A DNA stretch of 64,000 bases, from NCBI GenBank assembly GCA_964304625.1, contig OZ199839.1, positions 5,202,898 through 5,266,897 on the forward strand. The letters run 5' to 3'. Origin of the DNA: Kudoa neothunni. Its lineage: Eukaryota; Animalia; Cnidaria. The position numbers were made by a program, and so were the translations under genes. Under the pieces are notes generated by a model, which searched no databases, was not told the DNA's origin, and saw nothing but the letters and a program-made list of their open reading frames with translations. Below are positions 28,173 to 40,593 of the stretch, in pieces. Position 1 is the first letter of the stretch, and each line of letters begins with the position of its first letter.

Positions 28173-31100
28173 TCAATACCTTGGAGGTATGTAACGGGAT
28201 GTATTGTTGCCATACGAAGTGTTGTTGGGGTAATAATCTCCGCCGGTTGTACCAGAGGGATTAGACGAAGGATAGGGTTGGTTTATGTTAGAAGGATTGT
28301 TCGACAACGGTCTTGGTGGGTTGTACGGATAGGCGGAATAGTTGTTTATTGGTGCCGAAGTAGAGTGGCCGTAGTTGTAAGGTTGAGCACCATACACAGC
28401 GCTCTGGTTTGGAGGATAGGGGTTGGTTGGGGGATTGCCGTAAGCTGGCAAGTGGCCGTAAGATGGAGCGCCATGATTTGGTGGCTGCACACGTGTACCA
28501 CAGCCTGCATTAGAAGCAGGCTGACCGGGAATTCTTTGAGACGAGGAAACATAATCTTTAGGTGGAACACCATAAGTTGGATGAGGATAGTTGGAGGCAG
28601 GTGGATATTTTGAAGCGACAGCGGTACGCGAGTAATACGAGCTGACACTACCAGGGATAGGTGCAACATTTTTTGGTTGATGTGCCATCATTGATTGATG
28701 AAGTGGTTGTTGTGGGTGGGGATGATTGTTATTGCCCATTTGAGTAGTAGGAGGTCCATAGGAGTGAGAGCGTGCTGGTTGCGGCTGATGAGCATAGTTG
28801 GAGGGGTATTGCGAAGAAATTGTTGTTGACGTGTCAAAGCTCGAATTGGGATTACATCTATTCGGATTAACGCCACCACCATAATAGGAGGAATTGAGCG
28901 AGCCTGAGGAGGAGCTATGGTGGTTATTGGCCTCATAACTGGAATTAAAGGAGCGATTGAAGTTCGGATCATATGGTTGTTTATTGGTGTTAGCAGTGGT
29001 TGTTTTCTGTTCCATAAACATGCTTTTTTCAATACCTCTCGACTTGACAAAGTCGTTCACTTGATCTTGGAGTTTGAGAGCAAGATCGTTGATTTGATCA
29101 TGGAATGACATTCCTTGGTTGATGTGTCTACACACATCAAGAAAAACGTTGTAGCTTTGGCACACTTCTTGACAAAGAGCGTGGTCTTTGTTATGAAGAC
29201 GATTCTTCAATCCAATAGAAATGATATAACTATCCAATTGGCGTATGATTGAGGACTGGGTTTTGATATTGTCATCCAGTTGCATATTGGGTTCATTGTA
29301 ATCATTTTTGATAATTTCGCCCGGCCACAACGAGGAATCTTCTTTAGGGCGTTCTTTCATCATCTTGTATAGCATTTGGGATCGATCTTCTCTCGAGCAG
29401 TATATAATTACGATTTTATCGCGTTGTTCGCGAGTTGTGATAAGCAAATTATAAAGGCGTTGGAGTTCGCTTTGTTCAGCAGGTGTCATTGCCATCGAAT
29501 CAAAAGAAGTGAAGCCACCTTTGTTTTGCATTGAGCCCTACAACAAAATTTCATTACAAACCCCAATTATTTTCCTAGCAATCACAGTAAGAAACCCAAT
29601 TATGATAATATAAAGCTTAACGAAAACCGGATACAACAACGTTGGTGATTGCTAGAATTGAATGGAAAGACAAAAGTTACACCGCGTGGATTGGAGAGAA
29701 TGTGACATCTGGCTTTAAGTTCTTCAAGGTTGGAATCAAGCGTGGAGTCAGCATTACCAGCTTGTTCAATCTTGCTCACAATGTAATTGTAATTTTCAAC
29801 GTAGGTGGCGTTGGCGACTTTTGAGGGTGAGATATGATAACAATCTGGGACATTAATCCTAAAGTTATCATCGTGGGTTTTTTCTTCATCGATTGATTTT
29901 TTGATGCATTGTACCACATCTTTGTAGAGTCGTTTGATTTCTTTGATAGTTCTGACCTGTTCGAGGATGGTATCGATGCCACCGTAGTGTTTGAATTCGT
30001 CGGATTTGGTTTTGATGGAAGGAGGAAGTTCATTGTTGGCGCAGTTCTCAATACAAGCAGGGAGGTTGTATTCGATGAGTTTGGAGTCGAGTTGTTTGTC
30101 GGTTTCCTCGACAACGCTGAGTTTATTGGCGACAAAGTTTTCGCGGGTGTTGATAAAATGAGTGATCAATTTGTTCATAGCAATGGAGTGCAAAAATTGG
30201 AACAGGTCAGTGTATTTGTCATGAACAATGAACGGTAACAGCATGTCGGGCACAAAAGTGGATGTTTTAACAATTGAGGTTGGTTCAACATCGGATAGAC
30301 TTTCCGATGGTGTGGGGATGGTGCTGTAGATGCATCGGTTGTCTTCCATGGCGGTGTTATAGTCGTTTCTAATTTTTTGGTCAAGATTCCGGATGAACGG
30401 CACATTTCCAGCCCTTTTCGTCATATCGCTGAGGTTTAGTGCATCAAACGAGTTCTTCATACGTGCCAAGTAGTCATTGTACTTGCGATTGGACAAATCT
30501 TCGCTACCTTGAAAATGGTTAAACAAACTCTTATAAAAATTTTGTTTGGAGTCGAAATATTTGCACATATCCTAGAAAAAATTAATCAACACCATTTTAT
30601 TCATTAGCTATAAAATTGCATGCGGCACGATGAAATAAAATGTATTGAACATTCTCAATATCGATGAGAAAATCAATCGATTTTAGCTCACACCATTTTA
30701 ATTACTTTGATAAAAGTGGAAGAACTTTTATAATTCTTAATGAGACCTCTGCAAGTGCCATAATGGATAAAGATCTGTTTGGTTATTTTGGCCATAAGTA
30801 GGTCGGTCATTTTATCTAGATATGCTTTAATGAAGAGACATTCTTGAGCGTGAGAGAGAGCCAACAGATTGAGTGTGGCTATGAAAGGTGGGCTTAAATC
30901 TGAGAGTGTATCATCCAGCTCATACGACTTGACATATTCCAGCAAAAAGTGACACATTCCTGACAGCAGAAGAAACTCATTTTTGGCCTGCTTGAGTTCC
31001 TCGTTGTCTGAGAAAATATTCCGTTGGGAGGCCTTCTGCCAGATCATCGCACAGAACATCATAAAAACGTTTGCCACTTCAAAATTTATACTTTCGTGCA

Positions 31101-31575
31101 CTAAATCAGAACCCTCTCAATACATTCAATAAAAACACATTAAACCAACCATGTTTAATTGGTTTCAAATTCAGTGATCCTCTTTCCACAGAATTGTACC
31201 ATAAAAACTCGCATGAGAACTACATCAAAATTCAATATATTTAAAAAAAGTTTTAAACTAAACTACTTTATAATTCCCATCCGAAAGTTTTGGAGCCAAA
31301 TCAAACAACTGCATCAAATATCTTCAAAAAATACTATTTCAGCCAACAAATCTCTAACAATCCATTTACGTTGACAAATAAGAAATTCCATCATTATTTT
31401 TGGTGATATCACATTCGATACATGCTCTTCGAAGTGCATCCAATTCATTGATAGCGTCTCGATGAGCGTTATACACACCGAGATCGTAGTTGGAATTAAT
31501 AAATATTTCCATTGCTCGTTTAAAATCAACCCTTTTACTTTTTCGTAAAGGTATCGAGAAGAAAAATTCATCCAT
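28173..31575 (-). CDS. PDCD6IP: ALIX/PDCD6IP (Bro1 domain, V domain, Pro/Tyr-rich tail), 6 exons
   Basis: FFSIPLRKSKRVDF N-terminus, LSHAQECLFIKA, EDNRCIY, DKYTDLF, YNLPACIE, GGIDTI and GMSFHDQ motifs plus a long P/Y/N-rich tail; five GT-AG introns keep the frame. Confidence 0.92.
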
Positions 31576-31811
31576 TTTATAAATCAAGAAGATAATGTGC
31601 GCGCATATTATTCAGCAAGTTTGTTAATCATCACTAAATTCCTCCCCTAAATATTATTATAAACATATTCTTAGGTGTATGTCGGACTGCAGTCATGTGA
31701 TAAAACCAGTAGATACAATCAATGGGTAGATTGAATCAATTTGGATGTATAACTTGGTCATAAACTTAGATCGGCTCTTCCATTTTTTATCTTAATACCT
31801 CATTAATTACT

Positions 31812-31986
31812 TGTTCCTTAGATTTTAGTCAGTAATAAGATTTTTTTCTTCTAAAATCGGCATTATATGTGAATTTTAATAATTTTTTCGAGTGGGTTAA
31901 ATGTGTGGGCGAATAACCACTCGAGGTGTTTATGGATTTGTTTATCACTTTGTTACTTAAGATTAATAAGTGTTATCGTTAGCACC
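31812..31986 (+). ncRNA. Candidate Sm-site structured RNA, U12 snRNA-like (tentative)
   Basis: Ordered motifs CCTTA..AGTAA, stem GATTTT/AAAATC, ATGTGA, Sm-like AATTTTTT, GAGTGGGTTAAA and two hairpins; compared with U12 from memory only. Confidence 0.25.
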
Positions 31987-32825
31987 ATTTGTTGACATCA
32001 GAATATCAACTACAATCTTATCATAAACGAATTAAGTGATCCATAAAATGGTGTCGATTTCTCTGCTACGTATATCCCTAATATTCAGTGATTACTGTTA
32101 ATCTTTGTTAAAATATATACAAATAGTCAAACAGGTACGGTACAACTTGTTTAAAACTTTATTGTTGATTAAGCATATGAAGTATTCATTTTCTGGTAAG
32201 AAGTATTAGAAATTAGGTGTAAAATAAAGTTTCGTTAGATTCCGTATGAATTTTATCGTTAATAAAACATATTGAATGGAGCAATTTCTTTAATTTCGAT
32301 TTTTAATATTCAGCAATCGATAGAATGTCAACAATTCATTCATTGTGCAGATTTATAGTCTGTCTAATAGTTTATTTTAGAGAGTGGTTCATGTTATACT
32401 TTATTCGTCCGTTTGTCGGATTAGAATAACCTCAAAATTATTTTTATTGCGCCCAATTAAATTTTCCATCTTCAATGGACAGTCGATAGTTAGTTTGATA
32501 TTCGATGTTGGCGTATTTGTTTGTTTTATAGGTGTGATTGAGAAATTAATTTTGTGGAATTGGCTTCGATTGAAATGTCAAAGTCTTAATCCTCGTTTCC
32601 AACTTATTGTAATCCTATGTTATACATCCAATATTTGAATTACGATTAAACTAAAAATCTGTTTTGTGATTGAGAATGAGATCATACATTCAACACATAG
32701 CCTGAATCAGATAGCCTAGTGGTTTGATGATTAGACTTAATACCCAGAGGTACTGAGTTCGATTCCCGTTGCTGATCGGTCATTGTTTTCATATGAGTGT
32801 GTCCATCCCTTAATGTGGTGCAATG

Positions 32826-33773
32826 CAGTGTTTCCCAATCTTTTTTCTAACACGCCCCACTTTGTTTAATAAAAAGTTCCGTATCTCATCCTATTCAGGA
32901 ATATTGATGTATTTACTTAAACTGTTGATAATTAAAAAAAATTCCCTATCACATTCAAATTTGAAAGAAATTAACCCTTAACGGCTAACCATTGGATTTT
33001 CGCGCCCATCTTTCTATTATTTTGTTGTAAACCTTAGTATATTTTGTGTAATTTCGCCAAAAGTTTAACTAATTCTATAATGACAGTCGATAGATAATAC
33101 TGTTTTAAAAAAGTTGATGAAATTCTAGCGAATATGATGCATAATAAAATATAACATGTTTAACAACAAAACTTATAAACAATATAAGATGATGGTGTGC
33201 GAGTGAAACCCAAGGTTATCCTTTAAGAGTTAATATATATTTCTATTCTCATTAAAATTAAAGGTGTTCGGTCAGATCTAATTTAATCTATCGACGGACC
33301 TTAAAAATTAACATCTTTAGTTATTAATTCCGTCAAAAATAACATCAAATGAAACTCTTGGTAATGCAACCTTCATTAGGAAAGACTTTAGTATACAGGG
33401 GTCTAATAAACGGAAAATAAATAATATGGATGCAAAATTAATCAATATCATATTAGGTTTAATAAAAAAAAGGGATATATTATTCTAAATGAGACACGAT
33501 TGAGAATCAAACCATTCTGATTCTATTATTTTATTCGGGTGAAAAACACGTTAAACACTATTATTAATTTTTATATAATTAATCAGTGCTTTTTGTATTT
33601 CTTATGATATTAACCGTAACTTAAAAATAAGCGATATTGTCTTCAAAATATGTCATTCTGCCTGATTCTCTCACAATTATCCATATCACACTAATATTCA
33701 GAAATTTCTATGCCCCACCAAAAATTTGTCACGTATCACCGGTGGGGCGTGGGACCCACGTTGGGAAACATTA
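32826..33773. mobile_element. hAT-type MITE (same family as 61498-62241) carrying a piggyBac MITE
   Basis: TIR CAGTGTTTCCCAA / TTGGGAAACATTA; collinear with the 61.5-kb copy apart from the insert at 32975-33229; eroded TSD GTGCAATG/CGGTAATG. Confidence 0.82.
32975..33229. mobile_element. piggyBac-type MITE
   Basis: TTAA duplicated on both sides; TIRs CCCTTAACGGCTAACC / CTCTTAAAGGATAACC; second copy at about 8896-9130. Confidence 0.8.
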
Positions 33774-35019
33774 CGGTAATGGGCGATGTTGTTAGGGTGC
33801 GATTGCTTTATATGTCAAATTTTACGTGAAGGTAAAGTTTGATCTAGCAGAGGAGGATGGTTAGATGCTTGATTTATCGTGAATGCATTAACAGGCTCGA
33901 AATCTCTGTAGTGCCAACTCTTTACCGATAGGGTTTGGGGTGATGGTTGTCGCGGAAACGAGGATGTTTAGTGAGTTAAACTCCCTCACTATTGCAAAAG
34001 ATACGGGGTGGCCAAAAATTCATTGGATAAAAATTAATTGCAATTGTGAATTTTTAAAAAAGTAAATCCCTAGTATAATATAATTTAAACATACTTTTTT
34101 CTGGTCCATTGACAAAATTCACTTATTTGGCACCTGTTTTGAAAAAATGGTAGCAGATGACCCAATACAGTTGAAATGGATGAAAAATGCGAAAAGATGA
34201 AATGTTATTAGCTTAACTAATTTTTTAAAATTTTTAATTATGACGAATCATCTTTTAACGCCAAGAGAATACAATACATAGAAATTTCTGAGTTTCGGCT
34301 ATTCCAAAAAGTTCTATTCAATAATTTTGACTTGGCAGAAAGCTAATTTATTATTGCAGATGAAAAATATTTGTTCGACAAAATTTTTAACATATATCCA
34401 ATATTATATGGACTCCTATGTGAAAATATCAGCATTATACATTTAACGAATTTCGAAGCTAGCTTGTTCAAAATTCGGGAGGACAGAATTGATGAATTAA
34501 CTCTTGAAGAGAAACATGCTGTATTCAATCTAAAATTTCCCCGATCAAATTTAAGAGAAAATGAGATTCTTATTGAATCCGATGATTATGTTTTCAATGC
34601 CCTTAGAAAAGGAAAATTAAAAAAATAATAAAAACTCCGCATTTTATGGAGAATAAATTTATTACATGATCCTTCAATCTGACTGGAATGTTATTCGGCT
34701 ACTCCCGTCGTACTTTTGACGACCATCGTCAAAACTTATCACCATAAACCTAGAAATGTAAAGATTTCTGAAGACAAAGAAAAGATTGGGGTACAAAAAA
34801 TTGTATCGTAAGCTTTTTCGTCAAATTTATAATTTTATGTTAATTCATCTCTATATTTATTATTATTATTAATAGCGTTCAAAAAATATATTAAAATTTC
34901 GAATTGATCCATAGAAACAAAATAACTAAAAATTTTTAAGCAACATACTATAATGGTCTGGATTATGCAAATTAAATTATGATAATTTCTGTGAAGGAAA
35001 GTTTCAATCCCGCCGTTCA

Positions 35020-35780
35020 TTTAAAAATTTCGTGGCTCAGCACCAACGCTAAATAAGTTAAGGTCAGCGTTGCATCTTTTTCATTCCGAATTATTTAAAT
35101 CCCGTTAAAGTGTTATCTAAAACGTTACTTTGTGATCCTGAGATTTATAAAAGTTGAATTCAGGCCCGGCTCAGAAAGTTGGTGCATCACTAACTTTTTA
35201 AGAGATAAAAAAATAGAAAAAGTAATAGAGATAGAAGAAAACCTATGAAAATTGTTATGTACATAATCTCTTCCCAGTCCTGTACACAAACCTGGTAATT
35301 AGTTGAGTAATCCATTTAATTCATTTTTCATAATCATTGTATTTTTGTGTCAACGTGTTTTCCCTTGCTAACGTTTTGCTAAACTTGGACACAACAAAAA
35401 TTAATCGATATTGCTAAAATTAGCATCGTTTAGCTCGTTATAAACATTCACAAATCGCGTTGACTTCAACATAAACAACTTAAATAATTTGATGAAATAA
35501 AAGTACAACCATCCGCATTGAATTTAATCACATAAAGTTGAACTTAGCGGACGATTTCAATGAAACCTATGGACTCAAAACTTCCATTATAACGCTTCAA
35601 TCAATGTAATTTTAACGTTCCCCACAAATTCGTTATTCATGAAACATTATAGATTTTTTATCACATCGAAAACCATTAATAGAACTTATAAAATATACTT
35701 ATCAAGTCATATACGTTAAAACTCCACAAATAAGGAGTGTATTTGCACGAACACCCGAATTTACACACTAAATTTATACA
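35020..35780 (-). mobile_element. Helitron-like family copy
   Basis: The reverse complement shares blocks such as AACGCTGA..TTATTTAGCGTT and GAGCCGGG..GAA.TC with 7982-8821. Boundaries are approximate. Confidence 0.55.
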
Positions 35781-35963
35781 AAAAGTCAGATAGCAGCAGT
35801 TAATCATCATTTAATAAAGCATATAAGGAGGAAAATTAACTCCAACCGACCATCAGCAGGTCATAAACAGATGTTAATCCTATTGTTAAACTCAAGTAAT
35901 CTTATAAACAAACTTTGAATCGACAAAATCACCATGTTCTAAACTATTTTGGGAACATTTGGA

Positions 35964-37012
35964 GGTTAATTTACAGTATACGTGTCCAGCGCTCGTAATT
36001 TTTCGTCTGCATCCGGTACACGCGCCTTGACTATTCCGAAAAATGCAAAATTTCGATTTTTAAACAATTGATAGAATTACAATTTTAGATTATGATCATT
36101 TTCGTGATAACCAACAATATACAATTAATATTTTAGAAAATTTAGGTTGTATAAATCTAAATCGATCATGTAATTGCGGCGGGAAATTAAAATTGATATC
36201 TCGCAGTGGTATAAGTGACAAATATCAGTTAAAATGCAACCATTGCAAAAAAAGGGTGTCTATAAGAAACGGAACAATTTTCGAACTCTCAAAACTTCCT
36301 TTATGGAAGTTATTTTTGTTGATAGTTGTAACTCTTCAACATCCAACTATGACTTATGAAGATTTAACGAGACATTTGGACATTTCCTCATATTCTACGA
36401 TTTTCGAATGGAAAACAATAGTTAAGGACATCATGTTTTTAAAGTTAAATGAAGAATTTTCCAAAATTGGTGGGAACGGTGTTGTTGTTCAAATAGACGA
36501 AACTGCCATGTGTAAAAGAAAATATGATGTTGGTCGAATCCTGAAAAATCAACAATTTTGGATGATCGGAGGAATTGATGAAAATGGTAACTGTTTTCTT
36601 AAACTTTCACGATATCGAAATCGCCAAGTTCTTGAAGACATTATATTAAACAATGTTGAAGCCGGATCTACCATATGGGCTGATGGTTGGGCTGGTTACA
36701 ATAGACTTGAAGATTTAGGTTTCGTTCATGGCACTGTTATTCACAAGAACAACTTTGTTTCGCTTCAAGGAGTCCACACAAATAAGATTGAGTCAACATG
36801 GGGGGCATTCAAAAAAAATATCGCTCCATAACAAATAAAAATCCAGATACACTCCCAAGCTATATATTTGATTTCTTATATAGAAGAAAATATAAGGGGA
36901 AAGAAATTAGAACGTTATTTAAGTTTTTATTAACGAATTATAACCCTTGTTGAAATTTCACGATGTTTTGTATTTTTTGCCGAACGCTGGACACGTATAC
37001 TGTAAATTAGCC
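35964..37012 (+). mobile_element. Merlin (IS1595/ISXO2-like) DNA transposon, full length; transposase 36043-36953 with two lesions
   Basis: 32-bp TIRs GGTTAATTTACAGTATACGTGTCCAGCGCTCG with 2 mismatches; 8-bp TSD CATTTGGA/AATTTGGA; Zn ribbon and IDET, WADGWAGY, HTNKIESTW motifs; TAA at codon 7 (36061) and a frameshift in the A8 run at 36811. Confidence 0.95.
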
Positions 37013-37127
37013 AATTTGGAAGTGTATAAACGATTTAAATATTTTTTGAAACTTTGTGATTTATAAAAAATTTTGACGCACATGCGTATTTGCTGACACA
37101 CGCACGGACACTTCAGCTCTATATATA

Positions 37128-39153
37128 CAATGGGTGACGGCTAATTCGCACTTTTATTTAGCGCATGCGCAAAAGATGTGTGTGGATTTTATAAGAAATA
37201 TATTATCCTACTTTTTTAAAATAAAATTTGTTATTTTCGTTGGCTTAAATCCTTTTGTGGGACTAGAAACATTTACTCTTCTGGTTTGTGAAGATAATCC
37301 AAAATATTTGATCCATTCTTAATGAAGTATCCCTTTAAATATTCAAAGCATTTCAGCGCTTCTTTCGTGGTATATGACTCTTCTTTGTATGTTTCGGGTT
37401 CACAATCAGACAATTCTTCTATATCCATGGTTGCGCCATTGTTTCAATGGTTGTCCTCAAATTCACAGACTTGAACGAGTTCTTCTTCATCTTGGCATTG
37501 TATTATTTTTGGATTGTCGATTTCATCTAAACTTCATGGTTTTCAAGTTCGTCTATGTATAATTATTAAGTTTGTAAAAAATAGTAATAAGGATCTTCGT
37601 TATCATCGAATCTAAATCCAGCCTTCTTGAAACAATTGGATTTGTTTGGATCGTTACGTGCTCCCACAATTTTTTTACAAGTATCAACGCCTCTAATAAA
37701 TCAATTGGCTTAAGTTCCACATCATTCTCAACTAAAAATGTAGATCTATTTATTAGATATCTTCCATAAACAGATTTAAATGAATTAATAATCCCTTGAT
37801 CCATAGGTTGCAAAACACTAGTTGTGTTTTTAGGGAAAAATAATAATTCAATATTTGATAATTGTAATGGTGAATGGCAACTCGCATTATCAAGAAATAG
37901 TACAATTTTTTTGTTCTGCTCTTTGAAATTAGCATTTAATTTAACTAAATATTTCTTAAATATCTCCGAGGTCATCCATGCTTTCTTATTGGAGAAGTAA
38001 GGAACTGGAGTATCTTTCAAATTTTTAAAACACCTTGGTTTTTCATGATGACCAATCACTAAGGGTTCCAATTTTTCGCCTAATAATGATGCTCCCAATA
38101 AAAGCGTGACTCTTTTTTTTGATCGCTTTGAGCATTTTGCATTTACCTCAGTAGATAGAACATAACTTCTCCCTAAATTAAGTTACTATAAATACGTTCG
38201 CGTGAATATAACGTATTGTAAAATAATTCTTAAAAAATTCCAATGGGTATTTGTTGATGATTGACATAAATTAAATGTTGATATAATTATTTTTTTAACG
38301 ACATGTAACAATTCAATGATGCTTTTTGTCGTTTTTGTATAGCTTATATATCTTACTGGGATGTTGTTTATAGAATAGAGCTGTTTCATCAAGGTTGTAC
38401 ACTTGTTCAGCTTTATAATTTTTCAATATATTTTTTAATTGAAGTTTCCAATCATCGACAGTTTCCATGTTTACCATGTTTGCCCCACCATGAAAATTTA
38501 GTCGTCGTAAATTAAATCTTTCGTTGAATCCACGAAACCAACCATAGCTCATATCTTCCGCGTCTTTATTAATGTTTTTTGCAAATTTATATCGTTTCGA
38601 AATAATTTCCAACGACGAAATTTCCAATTTTTTAGACCTCATCCATATTAACCACTCAAAAACTTGTTGATCAATTTCATCATTTGAATCCTTTTTCAAG
38701 GTTTTACGATTTTTCTTGACTACTCCGGTCTCAGCGGAGCTCTTTATTTCCTCTTTTTTTAATAATATTCCATTCAAAGTTGAAATAGAGGATAAGCCAA
38801 AGTGTTTCACTGTGTGATTTTTAGCATTTTGTGGAGGCTGAATTTCGAAGTATTTAATAATATTATATTTTTCGGTAAGTGTCATCCATTTATGCTTTCT
38901 TTGTTCACCCATATTTCCGTATTAAATGATACCGGCGCGCGTTTTGCATCCCTGCTCCACGGAAATTAGTGCGAATTATCCATCAATGGGTTTAACTCAT
39001 AAAATTTTCTTATATTTAATAGGATAAAACATTTTAAAGTTGTATATCGTCATAATTAATTATTCTACTCATATATATATATAATGATAAAAACCTCCAG
39101 GTTTATTTATTTTGGCGACAATGAAAAAAATGTGAATTAGCCGTCACCCACTG
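37128..39153 (-). mobile_element. pogo/Tigger DNA transposon with intron-containing CENP-B/DDE_1 transposase (ATG 38912)
   Basis: TA-flanked TIRs CA(A/G)TGGGTGACGGCTAATTC(G/A)CA; HTH region, YNLDETALFY, KAWMTS, LFLDNASCH, PKNTTSVLQPMDQGII; frameshift near 37640 and stops in the acidic tail. Confidence 0.95.
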
Positions 39154-40593
39154 TAGTAGATAAAGGATTATTTATTATTAATTATTCTATTCCTGTATTT
39201 AATTTATGCTATATCTTGTGTGTCAAAAGTTATTATTTATCTTGATATTTCTTATTATTTATTGAAAAACAACGTAAAATGACAGAAAAAATATTTGTTT
39301 AATTTTTTCTAAATGTACACCTGATTGTGTGGTTTCAACAAACGTTCAGATGTGCGCTGCATAAAATGGTTCCAATTTTAGAGACTTTCAATAAAAATAA
39401 GTTTCGTTAGTAAGATGTTTAACGCGCCCTATGAGGTTTCAAATATAATTATTGAGACATTAAATGAATTAAATTTTCTAAATTCACATTTTATATTAAT
39501 ATTTAAAAATTAAAAAAAAATTTTTTATTTCCGATCTCTTTAACTAATAATGAGAAATTTTTATATCGATATATATAATCATCTCCAGTGATTTTGGATT
39601 ATTGCCAAGTTTTCTAATAATTACATAAATTGATTTTGAAAAGTTATAAATAAAAATAATTGATTATACAATAAAGAATTGATCTTTTTGTAGCAATTAA
39701 TTTTGGACCGTCACTGCTATTGGTTTTCAAGGTAAAATCCTAGGTGTTACTTTTTTTGCTAACTTTTTCGTTACAAAGCCCTCAGTCGATGATCAGACTG
39801 ATTTCACACACACAACACTACAATAAACTGATATAGATATCCTTATATCTTTACATCAGCAGAATGTAACAGAAGTATAGTCTTCTAATCATTATTATCT
39901 CAAGCAGACCACAACTATTTTAAGATCATATGTGTCAATAATATAAGGTTTTGCAATGTTCTTAACAAATCTTAAAGATTCAAAATCCAATTCAACTTTT
40001 CATTCTGCATCATACTATATATAACTGTAGACACAGGTCATAAATAGTAGGCGACTATACACTCTAACAAAAATTTCCATTGAAGAATAGACACAATAGA
40101 GGTGAGTGGATTGGTTGAAAGCATGATTCTAGCATAGATACTCAAAGTTCAGATCAATATCATACGTAGAATCCATCCTTATTCTATTTTCTAACAGTGT
40201 AACCTTTGACTAGCTATGAAATGTCGTTCAACGCTCCTTGCGAATGTTTCTATTCGTGTGACTTGCCATGCCAATAAATACTTCTTCATCTTTTTTAATA
40301 ATTGAAATCCTATTCTATAAAGATGTTCGATTCCCATCATAAGAATAGAAAAAATATTTTAATTTATGCCAGAAAAACACTTTAATACATTATATCACTA
40401 TCCATATAACGTCGGAAATTTGAAATATATTCTCTAATAATCATATGCGGGATGATTTTGGATTGACACCTTTAGTAAGAATGAGAACCCCTTATCAATT
40501 CATTAGATTGTTTTTAATTATTGCAAGATAATAACATTCAAAGAAACCCCGAACAAGTTAATTGGAAAATGAAATTCGTGTGGAATAGATATA

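Larger units (their letters stand above)
32706..34000 (+). mobile_element. tRNA-derived SINE split by a hAT MITE
   Basis: A box TAGCCTAGTGG (32712), B box GAGTTCGATTCCC (32755); the GC-richer body resumes after 33774; tail AAACGAGGATGTTTAGTG shared with the 49.3-kb copy. Confidence 0.65.

Noticed and set aside
28278-30405. Numerous antisense and alternative-frame ORFs over ALIX
   Set aside because: By-products of GC-richer, stop-poor coding sequence; no motifs of their own.
32706-32776. Functional tRNA gene
   Set aside because: A and B boxes are present but the anticodon arm does not pair, and the sequence continues into a repeat body; treated as a SINE head.
36811-36831. Programmed -1 frameshift in the Merlin transposase
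   Set aside because: The copy also has an early nonsense codon; a simple A-run deletion or sequencing error explains it.
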